From Nitrospirota bacterium (GTDB lineage: Bacteria; Nitrospirota; Nitrospiria; 2-01-FULL-66-17): a stretch of DNA of 64,000 bases. Shown in pieces: positions 40,572 to 48,835 of the stretch. The DNA lies in contig JBMOMC010000001.1 of the NCBI GenBank assembly GCA_049325335.1, positions 352,001-416,000 on the forward strand, given 5' to 3'. The notes below the pieces were generated by a model. That model did not search any database, was not told the origin of the DNA, and saw nothing but the letters and a program-made list of their open reading frames with translations. Position 1 is the first letter of the stretch. Each line of letters opens with the position of its first letter. Both the position numbers and the translations under genes were made by a program.

Positions 40572-41323
40572 CCCACGCCCTTGCGCGCGGATGGAGCCTC
40601 GTCCAGGCGCCCCCCGCGCAACTGAACGCGGCGCGCGCCCAGGCGAGCCGCCGCCTCGGGATCGTGCGAGGTCACCAACACGGTGGCCCCTCTGGCGTGC
40701 GCGTCGCGCAACACGGACAGCACCAGGGCGGCTCGTCGTCGATCCATCAACGCGGTCGGCTCGTCCGCCAACAGCACGGACGGACGCGCGGCCAATGCCC
40801 GCGCCAGCGCCACGCACTGGGCCTCGCCCGCGGACAGGCGGTCGGGATACTCGTTGCGGCGAGTCTCCAGGTCAAACGCCTTGAGGGTCTCATAGATGCG
40901 CACCCGGCGGTCCCGCAACGGAGTTCGGACCGCGCGCAACGCCAGCCCGACGTTCTCCGCCACGGTCAACCGCGGCAACAGCGGCATGCCCGCCACCAAC
41001 ATCCCCAGGGTGCGGCGAACCTGCGCCACCACGGCCGGACTCGCGCCGGTGACCTCAACCCCGCCGACCGCGATCCGGCCCGTCTCCGGCCGTTCGATGG
41101 CCGCGACCAACCGCAGCAACGTGCTCTTGCCGGCCCCGGTCGGCCCCTCCACCACCACCAGGTCGCCCCGCTCCATGCGAAGCGACGCGCCCTGCAGGAC
41201 CGGGAGACCGGGCTGGAACGATTTCCAGACATCTACAATTTGAATGCCCAACGCGAGGGGAGTTGACATCCGTTCGGCGGGCCCGTCCGACACGATTCCG
41301 AAGAACGCCCGCGGCGGCATCAC
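40568..41323 (-). CDS. ftsE: Cell division ATP-binding protein FtsE
   Basis: GPTGAGKSTLL, LSAGEAQ, LLADEPT; upstream of ftsX. Start may be 41269. Confidence 0.85.
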   Translation of the reverse strand: MMPPRAFFGIVSDGPAERMSTPLALGIQIVDVWKSFQPGLPVLQGASLRMERGDLVVVEGPTGAGKSTLLRLVAAIERPETGRIAVGGVEVTGASPAVVAQVRRTLGMLVAGMPLLPRLTVAENVGLALRAVRTPLRDRRVRIYETLKAFDLETRRNEYPDRLSAGEAQCVALARALAARPSVLLADEPTALMDRRRAALVLSVLRDAHARGATVLVTSHDPEAAARLGARRVQLRGGRLDEAPSARKGVG

Positions 41324-41703
41324 GCGGAGCGGTCGTGACGACTCCGTAGGTACTCGTCGATCACCGCGTCCAAGGATCGACGACCCTGCGGCAACGTGGG
41401 TTGGGCCGGTGCAAGGTCTTGGGGCTTAGGTTTGACCGGTTGGGCCCCGCCGACCCCGGCGATTTGATTCGAGGTCAGGTTCTTGACCATGGTCTGATGC
41501 TGCTGCTTCATCATCTCCCGAACCGCCTCGGGATTCGGCCCCGATTTGAGCACGTCGGCGTATGAGACACGCTGGGACGACAGAATCGCGCCGCCCGCAA
41601 ACAGATGGGTCACGATCACCGGGTTCTGCGCGCCACCGTCTTCGGTCTGCACGTGATAGGTTTTTCCGGCATGTTCGATATCGGTATTAATTCCGCTGAT
41701 CAT
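41320..41703 (-). CDS. Hypothetical protein
   Basis: MISGINTDIEHAGKTYHVQTED...MMKQQHQTM; ATGA-coupled to yraN. Confidence 0.7.
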   Translation of the reverse strand: MISGINTDIEHAGKTYHVQTEDGGAQNPVIVTHLFAGGAILSSQRVSYADVLKSGPNPEAVREMMKQQHQTMVKNLTSNQIAGVGGAQPVKPKPQDLAPAQPTLPQGRRSLDAVIDEYLRSRHDRSA

Positions 41704-42089
41704 CGTCTCCACCCACGGCATCCGGCGTCGAAGGCGTTGGCGATCACCTCCACGCGCGGCGCCCGCGTTTCGCGTTCATCGATCAACACCACGTCGAACC
41801 GACACGGCGGCTCGCCCAATCGACGGCGTGCCAGGTACCGTTCCGCCAATCGGACCAGCCGTTCCTGTTTCCGGTGATCCACCGCGTACGCGGGTTCCCC
41901 GAACCCGGCGGCGCGACGGGCCTTCACTTCGACGAACACCAACGTGTCGCCGTCATACGCCACCACGTCGAGTTCTCCCCAGCGCGACCGGCAATTACGT
42001 TCGATTATGCGATACCCGCGGCGGGCCAACACGTCCGCGGCCACGGTTTCCCCGCGCAGGCCGAGCGCGCCCGCGTCACCCGCCGTCAT
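41700..42089 (-). CDS. yraN: YraN-family endonuclease-like protein
   Basis: LGLRGE, GYRIIERN, GELDVVA, LVFVEVKAR, RFDVV. Confidence 0.92.
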   Translation of the reverse strand: MTAGDAGALGLRGETVAADVLARRGYRIIERNCRSRWGELDVVAYDGDTLVFVEVKARRAAGFGEPAYAVDHRKQERLVRLAERYLARRRLGEPPCRFDVVLIDERETRAPRVEVIANAFDAGCRGWRR

Positions 42090-42688
42090 GCGGGGGCCTC
42101 CGGACGAACGCGATGAAACGTGCGGCGGTGTACGGGGGTAGGGCCCAGCGTGCTCAACCGATCGAGATGCGCGGGCGTCCCGTATCCTTTATGGCGGGAA
42201 AACTCGTAACCGGGATACCGAACGTCGTAATCCGCGACCAATCGATCCCGGGTCACCTTGGCGACGATGGACGCCGCGGCGATTAGGTAACTGGACGCAT
42301 CGCCGCGGATGATGGCGCGCTGCGGCAACAACACCTCGCGCAGCGCGATCGCGTCGATCAACAACGCATCGGGTTGGACGCTCAGACAGCGGATGGCCTG
42401 CTCCATGGCCTGTATCGTCGCGCGGAAAATATTGACCCGCTCGATCTCCCTGACTCCCACCACGCCGACCCCGACCGCCAAGGCCCGGCCGATGATTTCG
42501 TAGTGCAACCGTTCCCGTTCGGGCGGCGGGACCGTTTTGGAGTCACGCACGCCGGGGATGGGGCGGCTCAACGGCAGAATCACGGCCGCCGCCACCACGG
42601 GTCCCGCCAAGGGGCCGCGGCCCGCCTCGTCGATTCCGGCAAGAGTCGCGTATCCCGACGCGACCAATTCCCGTTCGTGCGTGAGCAC
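42086..42688 (-). CDS. rnhB: Ribonuclease HII
   Basis: AGIDEAGRGPLAGPVVAAA, DSK, IAAASIVAKVTRD, HKGYGT. Confidence 0.95.
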   Translation of the reverse strand: MLTHERELVASGYATLAGIDEAGRGPLAGPVVAAAVILPLSRPIPGVRDSKTVPPPERERLHYEIIGRALAVGVGVVGVREIERVNIFRATIQAMEQAIRCLSVQPDALLIDAIALREVLLPQRAIIRGDASSYLIAAASIVAKVTRDRLVADYDVRYPGYEFSRHKGYGTPAHLDRLSTLGPTPVHRRTFHRVRPEAPA

Positions 42689-42711
42689 CCGAAAACGGAA
42701 CGGACGGCGCG

Positions 42712-43131
42712 TTAGGAAACGGGTTGCGACTCGGGTTCGACCGAACCGCCGACGGCCGTCGACTCCGCGGCCTTCGGGGCTTTCGCCTCGATCCCGCGTT
42801 CCGCGATCCGCGCCGAACGACCTTGCCGCGCCCGCAGGTAATAGAGTTTGGCGCGCCGCACGCGGCCGGAGCGGACCACTTCCACCTTTTCCACGAACGG
42901 GGAATGGATCGGGAACACCCGTTCCACGCCGACGCCGTACGACACCTTGCGCACCGTGAACGTTTCGCGGTTGCTGGTGCCTTTTTGTCCGATCACCACG
43001 CCCTCGAAGACCTGGATGCGTTCCTTTTCCCCCTCGATCACCTTGACGTGTACGCGCACCGTATCACCCACCGTAAACGCGGGTACGTCGCTCTTGAGCC
43101 ACCGTTTTTCCACTCGCTGCATCTGATTCAT
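42712..43131 (-). CDS. rplS: 50S ribosomal protein L19
   Basis: [38 protein letters not shown]. Confidence 0.97.
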   Translation of the reverse strand: MNQMQRVEKRWLKSDVPAFTVGDTVRVHVKVIEGEKERIQVFEGVVIGQKGTSNRETFTVRKVSYGVGVERVFPIHSPFVEKVEVVRSGRVRRAKLYYLRARQGRSARIAERGIEAKAPKAAESTAVGGSVEPESQPVS

Positions 43132-43166
43132 CCCACCCTCCTTCCTACAGACACTCCTCGTGTCGT

Positions 43167-43958
43167 TTATCGAACGCCGATATTCGATCGCTCGTCGTCA
43201 GTAGCGTGCGCCCCGTCCTCCGAGGAGCCGATCGCGCCGGATGTCGCCATCGACCGCTCCTGCTCGCTCATCACCGCGCGCGCGAAGAGGTCGGGGCGGC
43301 GCGCGTGCGTGGTCCGCAACGACTGCTCGCGCCGCCACCGGGCAATGGCCTGATGATGCCCGGACAACAACACGTCCGGAACCCGCATACCGCGAAACTC
43401 CGCGGGCCGCGTGTACTGCGGATACTCCAACAACGACTCCACGAAGGATTCCTCCCGCGCGGACTCCGGATCACCCAACACGCCCGGCACCAGCCGCGAC
43501 GCGGCGTCGATCATCGCCATCGCCGCCAACTCCCCGCCGGTCAGGACATAGTCTCCGATCGACAGTTCTTCCCACTCCGCAGTCCCATGGATCCGTTCGT
43601 CCACCCCTTCGTAATGGCCGCAAAACACCGTGATGATGCGGTCCTCGCGGCTCAGATCAACCGCCGCGTGGTGCGAGAACCGGCGCCCCCGGGGAGAGGT
43701 CAGCACCCATCGACGGGGCGCGCCGTCCCCGCGCAACGCCTCCACCGCGGCCGCCACGGGTTCCACTTTCAGCACCATGCCGGCGCCCCCGCCGTACGGC
43801 ACATCGTCCGCGGTGCGGTGTCGGTCAACCGTATAGTCGCGCAAGTCGACGACCCGAACGGCCAACAGCCCGGCGTCACAAGCCCGGCGCAGCATACTCG
43901 CGCTCACGACGGCCCGAATCACGTCCGGAAACAAGGTGATGATTTCACACCGCAACAT
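43167..43958 (-). CDS. trmD: tRNA (guanine37-N1)-methyltransferase
   Basis: [43 protein letters not shown]. Confidence 0.97.
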   Translation of the reverse strand: MLRCEIITLFPDVIRAVVSASMLRRACDAGLLAVRVVDLRDYTVDRHRTADDVPYGGGAGMVLKVEPVAAAVEALRGDGAPRRWVLTSPRGRRFSHHAAVDLSREDRIITVFCGHYEGVDERIHGTAEWEELSIGDYVLTGGELAAMAMIDAASRLVPGVLGDPESAREESFVESLLEYPQYTRPAEFRGMRVPDVLLSGHHQAIARWRREQSLRTTHARRPDLFARAVMSEQERSMATSGAIGSSEDGAHATDDERSNIGVR

Positions 43959-44517
43959 CGTCCATCCATCCCGCAGGTGGCCGCACGACCACGTGTCTGC
44001 GCGCGCGGTCGACTCGGACCACGAACTCCTTGATCATGGGCAGCAAGCGTTCCGTGCCCCCGTCGTCGCACGCCAACAGATCGTACGGCCCGCTCGACCA
44101 GACATTACGAATCACCCCGACCCGCGCTCCCGTCTCCGTGCCGACCGACATCCCCTTTAACTCGTCGTGATAAAACGCGTCCTCCGGCAACCGCGCGCGT
44201 TCGGATTCCTCGATCGCCAGATAACATCCGCGCCACGCGCCCACCTCGTCGAGCGATGACCGGCCGCAAAATTGCAACACAACCCGTCCGTCGGGAACCG
44301 CCCGAACGCGCTCAACCCTCGCGCGAACCGGAGGCGCGGTCAACACCCACAACTCCGCGCCCTCGGCAAAACGATCCGGCGCGTCCGACAACACCTCGGC
44401 CTTGACAGCTCCTGTGAGACCGACGGGTTTGACCACCCGACCCACCACCACCGGGGAGGCGGGACCACCCGTGTCGGCCGCGGACGCTCCGCCGCGTTTG
44501 AGCACGGAACGATTCAC
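43945..44517 (-). CDS. rimM: Ribosome maturation factor RimM
   Basis: [32 protein letters not shown]; lies between rpsP and trmD. Confidence 0.9.
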   Translation of the reverse strand: MNRSVLKRGGASAADTGGPASPVVVGRVVKPVGLTGAVKAEVLSDAPDRFAEGAELWVLTAPPVRARVERVRAVPDGRVVLQFCGRSSLDEVGAWRGCYLAIEESERARLPEDAFYHDELKGMSVGTETGARVGVIRNVWSSGPYDLLACDDGGTERLLPMIKEFVVRVDRARRHVVVRPPAGWMDDVAV

Positions 44518-44777
44518 ACCACTTTCTGCGCCGCCGCGGCGCGAACTCCGGAGCGCTTCAGCAACTGCCGAACCGTGTCGGTCGCTTGCGCGCCCTGCGC
44601 CAGCCACCCTTGGGTTCGCGCGGCGTCAACTTTCACCGCCGCAGACTCCGCCAACGGGTCGTAGGTCCCCAAGACTTCGATAAATCGGCCGTTGCGGGGC
44701 GACTGCGAGTCCGCCACCACGATTCGATAAAAGGGTCGCTTGTGACGACCGTGTCGCGCCAATCGAATTTTAACCAT
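44514..44777 (-). CDS. rpsP: 30S ribosomal protein S16
   Basis: [24 protein letters not shown]...[12 protein letters not shown]. Confidence 0.98.
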   Translation of the reverse strand: MVKIRLARHGRHKRPFYRIVVADSQSPRNGRFIEVLGTYDPLAESAAVKVDAARTQGWLAQGAQATDTVRQLLKRSGVRAAAAQKVV

Positions 44778-44825
44778 GTGCCTCCATCCCCTTCCTGTTG
44801 CGGTGAGTTACGTTCCTATTCATCT

Positions 44826-45677
44826 TCATCGCGAACGGGCCGCGGACTGTCGCGCGGCCTTGAGCAGGCCCGCGTACCCGTCCGTCGCCACCGTTCCCAC
44901 GCCATAGGCTATCGATACGCCGTGCGCCAACGGCTGCCGCGCGAAGCGGTCTTGAATCCGAGCGACCAGGCTCGCGGCCCCGTCGGCGTCGGCGTCCAAC
45001 AAAATCACGGCAAACGTGGCGTGGTCATATCGACCGGCGATATCCACCCGCCGCAGCGACTCCCGGGTCGCCTCCGCGACCCGGCGGATCGCCTGATCCG
45101 CGCTGTCGCTGTCCATCCCCTCGCCGGACAACGAGATGATCACCGCGGCCAACGACCGTTGCTGCCGTTCGGCCAACCGAAGTTCTCGTCGGGACAACTC
45201 GTCAAAGTACGCGCGCGAGCACAGGCCCGAGACCCGGTCCACGCGTTCGACCGCGAGGATGTGCTCTTCCAACGCCACGCGGTCGGACACGTCCCGAATC
45301 AAGATCATGGCCAGCGGGGCGCCGTCGGACGCGGTCATCGGCACGCAGGCCGCGGGAACCACTTGACCGCCGCGCCCCGGGACATTGACGTCCAAGTGCT
45401 CGTGCGCCGCGCCGCGATCTAGCGCGGCGCGCCCCGGACATGTGCTCTCGCAGAGTTCAAACCCCTCCGCGTTTTGGCAAATCGCCACTTCCCGACACAC
45501 CTTGAGCCCGACCGTGGTGTCCACCGAACACGTCGTCAACCGCGCCGCCGCCGGATTCATCGCCACCACGCGCAAGGCCTGATCGATCACCACCACCCCG
45601 TCCGCGGTATGCTGGAAGAGTTGGGTGAACCGCTCCTGTTCGACTTGAAATCCCACTGGTGTCTCCCGGATCGCCAC
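44826..45677 (-). CDS. Cys-rich PAS domain + degenerate GGDEF domain protein
   Basis: PAS DGVVVID...MNPAAARL...IRDVSDR containing C-x5-C-x8-C-x3-C; GGDEF fold DRVSGLCSR...LRRVDIAGRYDHATFAVIL. Confidence 0.75.
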   Translation of the reverse strand: MAIRETPVGFQVEQERFTQLFQHTADGVVVIDQALRVVAMNPAAARLTTCSVDTTVGLKVCREVAICQNAEGFELCESTCPGRAALDRGAAHEHLDVNVPGRGGQVVPAACVPMTASDGAPLAMILIRDVSDRVALEEHILAVERVDRVSGLCSRAYFDELSRRELRLAERQQRSLAAVIISLSGEGMDSDSADQAIRRVAEATRESLRRVDIAGRYDHATFAVILLDADADGAASLVARIQDRFARQPLAHGVSIAYGVGTVATDGYAGLLKAARQSAARSR

Positions 45678-45694
45678 GTCGCGCCGCCCGCCGT

Positions 45695-47026
45695 TTACCC
45701 GGAGAACATGCGGGCCATCATTTCGCGTCCTCGCCCGCCCTTGAATGATTTCATCATTCGTTTTGCTTGCGCAAACTGGCGCAACAACTGATTGACGTCT
45801 TGGACGGTCGTCCCGCTCCCCTTGGCAATGCGTTTTCGGCGGCTCCCATTGATGACGTCGGGATGACGTCGTTCGTGCGGGGTCATCGAGTTCACCATCG
45901 CCTCGACGCGGGCCACATCGCGTTCCGGAGCGCGATCCGCCAATCGGTCCGCGAGTTTGGCGCCTCCCGGAATCATCGCCAACACATCCGTCAGCGACCC
46001 CAATTTCTTGACCTGCTGCAACTGGGCTTTGAACTCCTCGAGCGTAAACGAACCCGTCCCGACCGAATCAACCATCGTGCGGGCATCGAGGTCCGAAAAC
46101 GCCTCGCGCGCCCGCTCGACCAGCCCGGATACGTCGCCCATGCCCAAGATCCGCGACGCCATGCGCTCCGGATGAAACACCTCCAGCGCGGTGAGCGCTT
46201 CCCCGGTCCCCACGTACTTAATGGGTTTCCCGGTCACGGCCAACATGGATAAGAGCGCGCCGGCTCGGGCGTCACCCTCTGTTTTCGTCAAGATGATCCC
46301 GGAGACGCCGATTCGGCGATCAAACTGTTCGGCGATCGACACCGCGGTTTGCCCGGTCATGGCATCTGCCACCAAGAGCACTTCATGCGGATGCACGGCA
46401 TCGCGGATTGCGGCCAACTCCGACATCAAGGCGTCGTCGACTTGCAGGCGACCCGCAGTATCGAGCAGGACCAGGTCCACACCGGAGACATCCGCCTTCG
46501 CGACGGCGGCGCGACACACGGCCTCGGGACTGGATTCTCCGTCCGGCGCCACGACCGGCACCTGAATCTGTTCGCCGATCACCTGAAGCTGCTTGATCGC
46601 GGCCGGCCGTTTTAAATCCGCGGCCGCCAGCAGCACGCGGCGCCCACTGGACGCGAACGCCCGCGCAACCTTTCCGGCCGTGGTGGTTTTCCCGGCGCCT
46701 TGCAAGCCAACCAGCATTACCACGGTCGGCGGGTTCGGGGCCAGGTGAACCGGGCGATGGGACTGACCCATCAGCGCGGTTAACTCTTCCCACACCACGG
46801 TGAGGACTTGTTGTCCGGGGGCGAGACTGTGGAGAACTCGTTGTTCGAGCGCGCGGGTTCTCACTCGACCAAGGAGATCTTTCACGACTTTATAATGGAC
46901 GTCCGCCTCGAGCAACGCGAGACGGACCTCGCGAAGCGCCTCGGTTACCGAGGCTTCATCCAACAGCCCCCGACCCCGGAGGCGCTTGAAGATATCATCC
47001 AGTTTAGTTCGAATCGCGGTAAACAT
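45695..47026 (-). CDS. ffh: Signal recognition particle protein
   Basis: VRLALLEADV, GLQGAGKTT, DTAGRL, DAMTGQ, PERMASRILGMGD, SRRKRIAKGSG. Confidence 0.97.
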   Translation of the reverse strand: MFTAIRTKLDDIFKRLRGRGLLDEASVTEALREVRLALLEADVHYKVVKDLLGRVRTRALEQRVLHSLAPGQQVLTVVWEELTALMGQSHRPVHLAPNPPTVVMLVGLQGAGKTTTAGKVARAFASSGRRVLLAAADLKRPAAIKQLQVIGEQIQVPVVAPDGESSPEAVCRAAVAKADVSGVDLVLLDTAGRLQVDDALMSELAAIRDAVHPHEVLLVADAMTGQTAVSIAEQFDRRIGVSGIILTKTEGDARAGALLSMLAVTGKPIKYVGTGEALTALEVFHPERMASRILGMGDVSGLVERAREAFSDLDARTMVDSVGTGSFTLEEFKAQLQQVKKLGSLTDVLAMIPGGAKLADRLADRAPERDVARVEAMVNSMTPHERRHPDVINGSRRKRIAKGSGTTVQDVNQLLRQFAQAKRMMKSFKGGRGREMMARMFSG

Positions 47027-47104
47027 CGTACGAACGTCGGGTGGCCCACCAACAACGTCATCCTCAACGACCAAACAATCGCTTCGCACCAGCGAAACCG
47101 AATT

Positions 47105-47133
47105 AGTCTAGTGAAGAAGACCCCGGAAGTCAA
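47105..47133 (-). promoter_or_regulatory. Sigma70-like ffh promoter
   Basis: Minus strand TTGACT-N17-TAGACT. Confidence 0.55.
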
Positions 47134-47393
47134 GTAATTCCCTTGTGTTTTGCGGTGTTGCGGTCCAGCCGTCCTCCCACCAACTGGCCCGCAACCGACG
47201 CCGCAATCAGGATCGGGATACTCCATGCCTCCAAGCCGAGCCACCACCGCATGGGCACAATCGCCACAACCGGAAGATGAATCCACACAAACCACGGAAC
47301 AGACAGTTTCCTGGATCGCGCGCGCAGTCGTCCTGCCCACACATTGAACGCAAACGCCGCGAATGCCAGGCCGACCAGGATCACCGATTCCAT
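47130..47393 (-). CDS. Small membrane protein
   Basis: Three hydrophobic segments; RKLSVPWFVWIHLPV, GQLVGGR. Confidence 0.65.
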   Translation of the reverse strand: MESVILVGLAFAAFAFNVWAGRLRARSRKLSVPWFVWIHLPVVAIVPMRWWLGLEAWSIPILIAASVAGQLVGGRLDRNTAKHKGIT

Positions 47394-47540
47394 CCAGCGC
47401 GTGGATCAGCGAGCGGACGATGGGCGACGGCGGACCGTGGGGACGGGCCACGGCCCAGCGGAGTTACCGGGAGCAAATGGGCGCACCACCCGCACGCGCG
47501 CCACTGATCGCGCAGACCGGAAGGCGACAATCCTGGAAGA

Positions 47541-47813
47541 TCAATGCGGAGTTTCAGGTTCCGGGAACGGTAACGGCAGTTGTGACCCGGTGACGATTCG
47601 AGGGACTGTGTAGTGCGAAACCTGTGGGGCGACGAGGCTGGTCTTGAGAAATTGGAGAAACTGCCCTTCCACTGCGTAGACCTCGCGACAGGCGGAGCAC
47701 TCCGCCAGATGCCTATCAACGGTGCTCCGATCAGCCGCAGCGACCTCTCGGTCAAGGTACGCGTACAGAAGACTCTTGACCGATGGGCAATCAGTTAGAC
47801 GGGCGGAGCCCAT
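47541..47813 (-). CDS. Zinc-binding anti-sigma factor (zf-HC2/ZAS), soluble
   Basis: C...LLYAYLDRE...HLAECSAC (Hx3Cx2C); directly downstream of the ECF sigma. Confidence 0.85.
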   Translation of the reverse strand: MGSARLTDCPSVKSLLYAYLDREVAAADRSTVDRHLAECSACREVYAVEGQFLQFLKTSLVAPQVSHYTVPRIVTGSQLPLPFPEPETPH

Positions 47814-47882
47814 CGAATTCCCATCACCGCCGAAGTCGCGTCGATCAGCCCCCGCGCCCTCGACGATTCGATCCCCCCGCCC

Positions 47883-48497
47883 CTACGCGACGGCGTGGTG
47901 AGGCGCGGACGATGTGCTCGCCTGGCGAGTTCCCCAGTAGTCTTTGAGCGCTTTTTTCAAGAAATTGCGACCGCGAGACAGGCGGGACATCACGGTTCCC
48001 AGCGGACAGCTCATGATCTCGGCGATTTCTTTATAGTCAAACCCCTCAACGTCCTTGAGAAGGACCGCTAAGCGGAGTTTTTCAGGAAGCGAGTCCATGG
48101 CTCGCTGAAAATCTTGCCGGAACAGCCCACGTTGGTGGCGATCACTGGACGCGACTAAAATCTCTTTGGGAGATTCATACGGATCGTCTTCAACGATTTC
48201 CAGCTCCGTTAGAGAAACTTCCCTCGCCCGTTGGTGATAGCGGTTAATAAACAGGTTTTTGGTGATGGTGAACAACCACGCCTTGTAGTTTGCGATGTGC
48301 TCGTATCGATGATAGAAACGGAACGCGCGAAGATAGGCATCTTGCACCAGGTCGTGGGCGTCATCGCTGTTTCCCGTCAACACCAGCGCAAAACCGTACA
48401 ATGAATCAAGATATTTAAGCGTCAACTCCTCGAATTCGATCTTCTTTGCCGCATCAGGCCCATCAAGGGTTACGACTTCAGTTTCCATCGTCTCCAC
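47883..48497 (-). CDS. ECF RNA polymerase sigma factor
   Basis: DAHDLVQDAYLRAF, KAWLFTI.KN, FDYKEIAEIMSCPLGTVMSRLSRGR. Confidence 0.92.
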   Translation of the reverse strand: METMETEVVTLDGPDAAKKIEFEELTLKYLDSLYGFALVLTGNSDDAHDLVQDAYLRAFRFYHRYEHIANYKAWLFTITKNLFINRYHQRAREVSLTELEIVEDDPYESPKEILVASSDRHQRGLFRQDFQRAMDSLPEKLRLAVLLKDVEGFDYKEIAEIMSCPLGTVMSRLSRGRNFLKKALKDYWGTRQASTSSAPHHAVA

Positions 48498-48545
48498 TCC
48501 AGCCCTCCTGTTTCAAACGGCTCATCTTCGCTGGGGTGGAGTGAC

Positions 48546-48561
48546 TGCAATCCTAGCGCCA
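48546..48561 (-). promoter_or_regulatory. Sigma54 -24/-12 promoter upstream of the ECF sigma
   Basis: Minus strand TGGCGC-TAGGA-TTGCA, about 50 nt upstream of the start. Confidence 0.65.
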
Positions 48562-48835
48562 GGCCTCTAGCGGTCAAAATCACGGTTTCCCAGTCATTAA
48601 CAGCCTCGTTTTTTAGCAAAAAGTGCTGAACTTTTTCCCTACTACGACCTATATTCCCTAGTTTAGAAAAAAAACGGCACGCATTGCCTCAGAACAGGTT
48701 ACTGAGCAATGGCGGAGAGGCTGCGCGTTTCTCAACAAGATACGGTTGGTACGCTCGTCCCCGCTGGAAGTCCATAGCCGCTGAACGGCTTACGGCCCCC
48801 CCCCACCAACACACCGATGAATCCCGAGAAAAATC

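Noticed and set aside
48710..48720. TGGCGGAGAGG as the reverse complement of a tRNA-Ser 3' end (possible att site)
   Set aside because: Only 11 nt, no T-arm continuation, no integrase in the window.
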